Assembly (NCBI GenBank): GCA_028821125.1
Contig: JAPPHD010000071.1
Location: 3,837-67,836 of the forward strand
Source of the DNA: Gammaproteobacteria bacterium
GTDB taxonomy: Bacteria; Pseudomonadota; Gammaproteobacteria; Pseudomonadales; Azotimanducaceae
Direction: 5' to 3'
Length of the DNA stretch: 64,000 nucleotides
The notes under the pieces are model-generated. The model made no database searches, had not been told where the DNA came from, and saw only the letters and a program-made list of their open reading frames with translations. This document shows, in pieces, positions 61,032 through 64,000 of the stretch; the stretch's first letter is position 1; every line of letters starts with the position of its first letter. The position numbers and the translations under genes were made by a program.

Positions 61032-61520
61032 CTATTCGACCCGGAACCGCTGTGTGAGTTTCCCGAGCAGCAGATACACCGCCGGCCAGACGAACATGCT
61101 GGCAATCGCCGGCAGCACGGTCACCGGCAGCCAGGCCTGGGCCTGGTCGTGCGCCAGCCGCCTTGTGCCTTCGCTGAACAGCACCATCGCGGCGGCCACC
61201 CAGGCCTGCTGCAGCACGGCATACATGCGCAGCCGCTCGTGGAATCGCCAGGTGAAGAAGGTGATGGTGGTCAGCACGATGCCGTTCAGCCCGAGCGGGT
61301 CGGCAAAGACGATGTCCACGAAGAAACCCATTATCCAGGTACTGATGAGCCCGATGCGGTGAGGCACCGCCATCGCCCAGAAAAAGACCACGAGCACGAT
61401 CCATCCCGGCCGCAGCCACCCCAGCCACTCCGGCGAGCCCACCGGCGCCCGCGCCAGGGTCAGAAGGAAGGCGGCAATCACCGTGAGCAGGATCAGCCAG
61501 CCGCCCCGCGTCAGGTTCAC
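61032..61520 (-). CDS. mreD: Rod shape-determining protein MreD
   Basis: ORF 61032..61520 (GTG start, GGAAGAGGGGG upstream). Small polytopic membrane protein downstream of mreC. Confidence 0.85.
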   Translation of the reverse strand: MNLTRGGWLILLTVIAAFLLTLARAPVGSPEWLGWLRPGWIVLVVFFWAMAVPHRIGLISTWIMGFFVDIVFADPLGLNGIVLTTITFFTWRFHERLRMYAVLQQAWVAAAMVLFSEGTRRLAHDQAQAWLPVTVLPAIASMFVWPAVYLLLGKLTQRFRVE

Positions 61521-61543
61521 CGCGCCCCCTCTTCCCCGGCCTC

Positions 61544-61725
61544 TATCCGCACCTGTTCATGAATGAACTACTGCGGTCGTCAATAGCAGCGAAAACACAG
61601 GGCGTGCTCCCTCCGCGTGCTCAACGTGCCGTCGAGCACGCCTGCGCGCGCTCCGGTCCGCGCCACCCTGCGTTTTCACTACTCTTGCCAACCTCGCTAC
61701 GTTCATTCATGTACAGGTGCGGATA
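61544..61725. repeat. Family C palindromic element, full copy C2 (about 182 bp), between mreC and mreD
   Basis: TATCCGCACCTGTTCATGAATGAAC ... GTTCATTCATGTACAGGTGCGGATA. The right arm supplies the last 7 codons and the TGA stop of mreC. The left arm ends 23 nt upstream of the mreD GTG. Confidence 0.9.
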
Positions 61726-62533
61726 ACACCACCAGCAGGTAGCTCGACCGGTCGAGCAGGGCGCTCGGCTTCACGCTGACCTGGGCGAACGCCCGGGTTC
61801 GTTCGGTGAGCACCGACTGTACCTGCCCCACCGGGTACCCCCGGGGAAAACGCCCGCCCAGGCCCGAGGTCAACAGCAGGTCGCCCTGGCGGATGTCCGC
61901 GGTGACGGGCACGTTCTCGAGCAGCAGCAGATCGATCTGGCCGGTGCCGCCGGCGATGCTGCGCAGCCCGTTGCGCATGAGCTCCACCGGCACCGCATGG
62001 CTGACGTCGGCGATCTGCAGAACCCAGGAACTGAAACGGCTCGTCTCGACGACCTGCCCGAAAAGACCCTCCGCATCGATGACCGCCTGGCCGATGCGAA
62101 CGCCGTCCTGGGTGCCCTTGTCGATGATCACCTGCAGGGTATCGGGATTCGGCACGACACCGACCAACTCGGCGATCATCACCTCGGTGGGCAGGCGCGC
62201 CCGGCTGCCGAGAAGTTCCCGCATCCTGTCGTTCTCGGTGCTGAGCGCCTGCAGCCGCATGGCGACCCGGGTGAGTTCGAGGTTCTGCAACTCCAGTTCG
62301 TCGAGCCTGGCGAGGAGGCTGGCCCGGCTGGAGACCGCTTCGATCGCCGCCGCCGCAAACCAGTACGGGCTTTCGACGGCGACCTGTCCCGGATAGACGA
62401 CCGAGCCGAGAACGTCGCGCGCCGGTTCCAGGGTTCGCGTATTCGTATCCAGGTAGACGAGCCCCAGGGACGCGGCAACCAATCCCAGCAACAGGTACCC
62501 GGCTCCGGACCTTCTGAGGAACAAGGCCTTCAT
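61703..62533 (-). CDS. mreC: Rod shape-determining protein MreC
   Basis: ORF 61703..62533. N-terminal TM segment, coiled coil and two beta-barrel domains (..GLGGRFPRGYPVGQV..). Confidence 0.9.
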   Translation of the reverse strand: MKALFLRRSGAGYLLLGLVAASLGLVYLDTNTRTLEPARDVLGSVVYPGQVAVESPYWFAAAAIEAVSSRASLLARLDELELQNLELTRVAMRLQALSTENDRMRELLGSRARLPTEVMIAELVGVVPNPDTLQVIIDKGTQDGVRIGQAVIDAEGLFGQVVETSRFSSWVLQIADVSHAVPVELMRNGLRSIAGGTGQIDLLLLENVPVTADIRQGDLLLTSGLGGRFPRGYPVGQVQSVLTERTRAFAQVSVKPSALLDRSSYLLVVLSAPVHE

Positions 62534-62584
62534 AATCCAGCTCCCGGCCTCCTCCGCCGGCGACGGGAGACGGCCAGGCGTGGA

Positions 62585-63697
<1,113 letters not shown>

Positions 63698-63732
63698 CTA
63701 ACAACGAACCGAGATTCAAGTAAACTCCGGTC

Positions 63733-64000
63733 ATGGACAGCGGCAGGATCGACATCGACCATCTCGCGCGCCTCGCGGCGCTCCGGTTGAGCGACAGCGA
63801 GCGGTCCCGGGTACGCGCCGACCTGCAGCGCATCGTCGCCATGGTCGACCGCATGCAATCGGTGGATACCGAAGGCATCGCCCCCCTTGCGCATCCCCTC
63901 GACGCCTCCCAGCGGCTGCGCCCCGATGCGCACACCGAGGCCGTCGACCGGGCCCGCTACCAGGCCGGCGCCCCGGCCGTGCGCGACGGGATGTACATCG
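63733..64000 (+). CDS. gatC: Asp/Glu-tRNA(Asn/Gln) amidotransferase subunit C (GatC), 3' end cut by the window edge
   Basis: Translated by hand from ATG 63733: MDSGRIDIDHLARLAALRLSDSERSRVRADLQRIVAMVDRMQSVDTEGIAPLAHPLDASQRLRPDA... It is absent from the ORF track because no stop codon falls in the window. Divergent from mreB as in Pseudomonas. Confidence 0.88.
   Translation, partial: MDSGRIDIDHLARLAALRLSDSERSRVRADLQRIVAMVDRMQSVDTEGIAPLAHPLDASQRLRPDAHTEAVDRARYQAGAPAVRDGMYI

Noticed and set aside
61558-61740. Small ORF (MNELLRSSIAAKTQGVLPP.., about 60 codons) inside family C, with counterparts at 46978, 31721 and 35877
   Set aside because: There is no Shine-Dalgarno sequence. The frame is kept open largely by GC-rich palindromic sequence. 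Differences between the two full copies are mostly non-synonymous by hand count (about 8 versus 4). The solo copies diverge immediately after MNE(L/P)LR. I treat it as non-coding unless peptide evidence appears.

Overview
GC-rich gammaproteobacterial core-chromosome segment, roughly two-thirds G+C by eye. I annotate about 62 CDS plus the RNase P RNA. Gene order is almost colinear with well-known E. coli/Pseudomonas blocks: pilBCD | argJ-secA | M23 peptidase, DUF721 | dcw cluster ftsZ..mraZ (minus strand) | rnpB | rsmI / lpoA-yraN-dolP | sspA | petCBA | rpsI-rplM | zapE | hisD-murA-ibaG-mlaBCDEF | yrbG-kdsC-lptCAB-rpoN-hpf-ptsN-rapZ-ptsO | mgtE | qor, aminotransferase, M28 peptidase | pmbA-tldD-yhdP-rng-mreDCB | gatC. 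I saw no tRNA, rRNA, CRISPR, transposase, integrase, phage, toxin-antitoxin or recognisable defence genes, and no novel protein-coding system. The unusual content is mostly non-coding. (1) There are at least four families of long intergenic hairpin/palindromic repeats. Their arms co-vary between copies, and in families A, B and D every arm mismatch is G-U-compatible only on the transcribed strand. (2) A conserved AT-rich module with a perfect IHF core consensus and a -10-like hexamer follows the hairpins in a recurring hairpin-module-gene layout. (3) Perfect in-frame minisatellites lie inside murC and yhdP. (4) Several genes that normally sit in these syntenic blocks are absent at tight junctions: murF, murG, ddl, lpxC, hisG, kdsD, sspB, diaA and maf. 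Start codons were chosen by homology and RBS reasoning and are less certain than stops. Many long ORFs in the six-frame track are antisense shadows typical of high-GC DNA.
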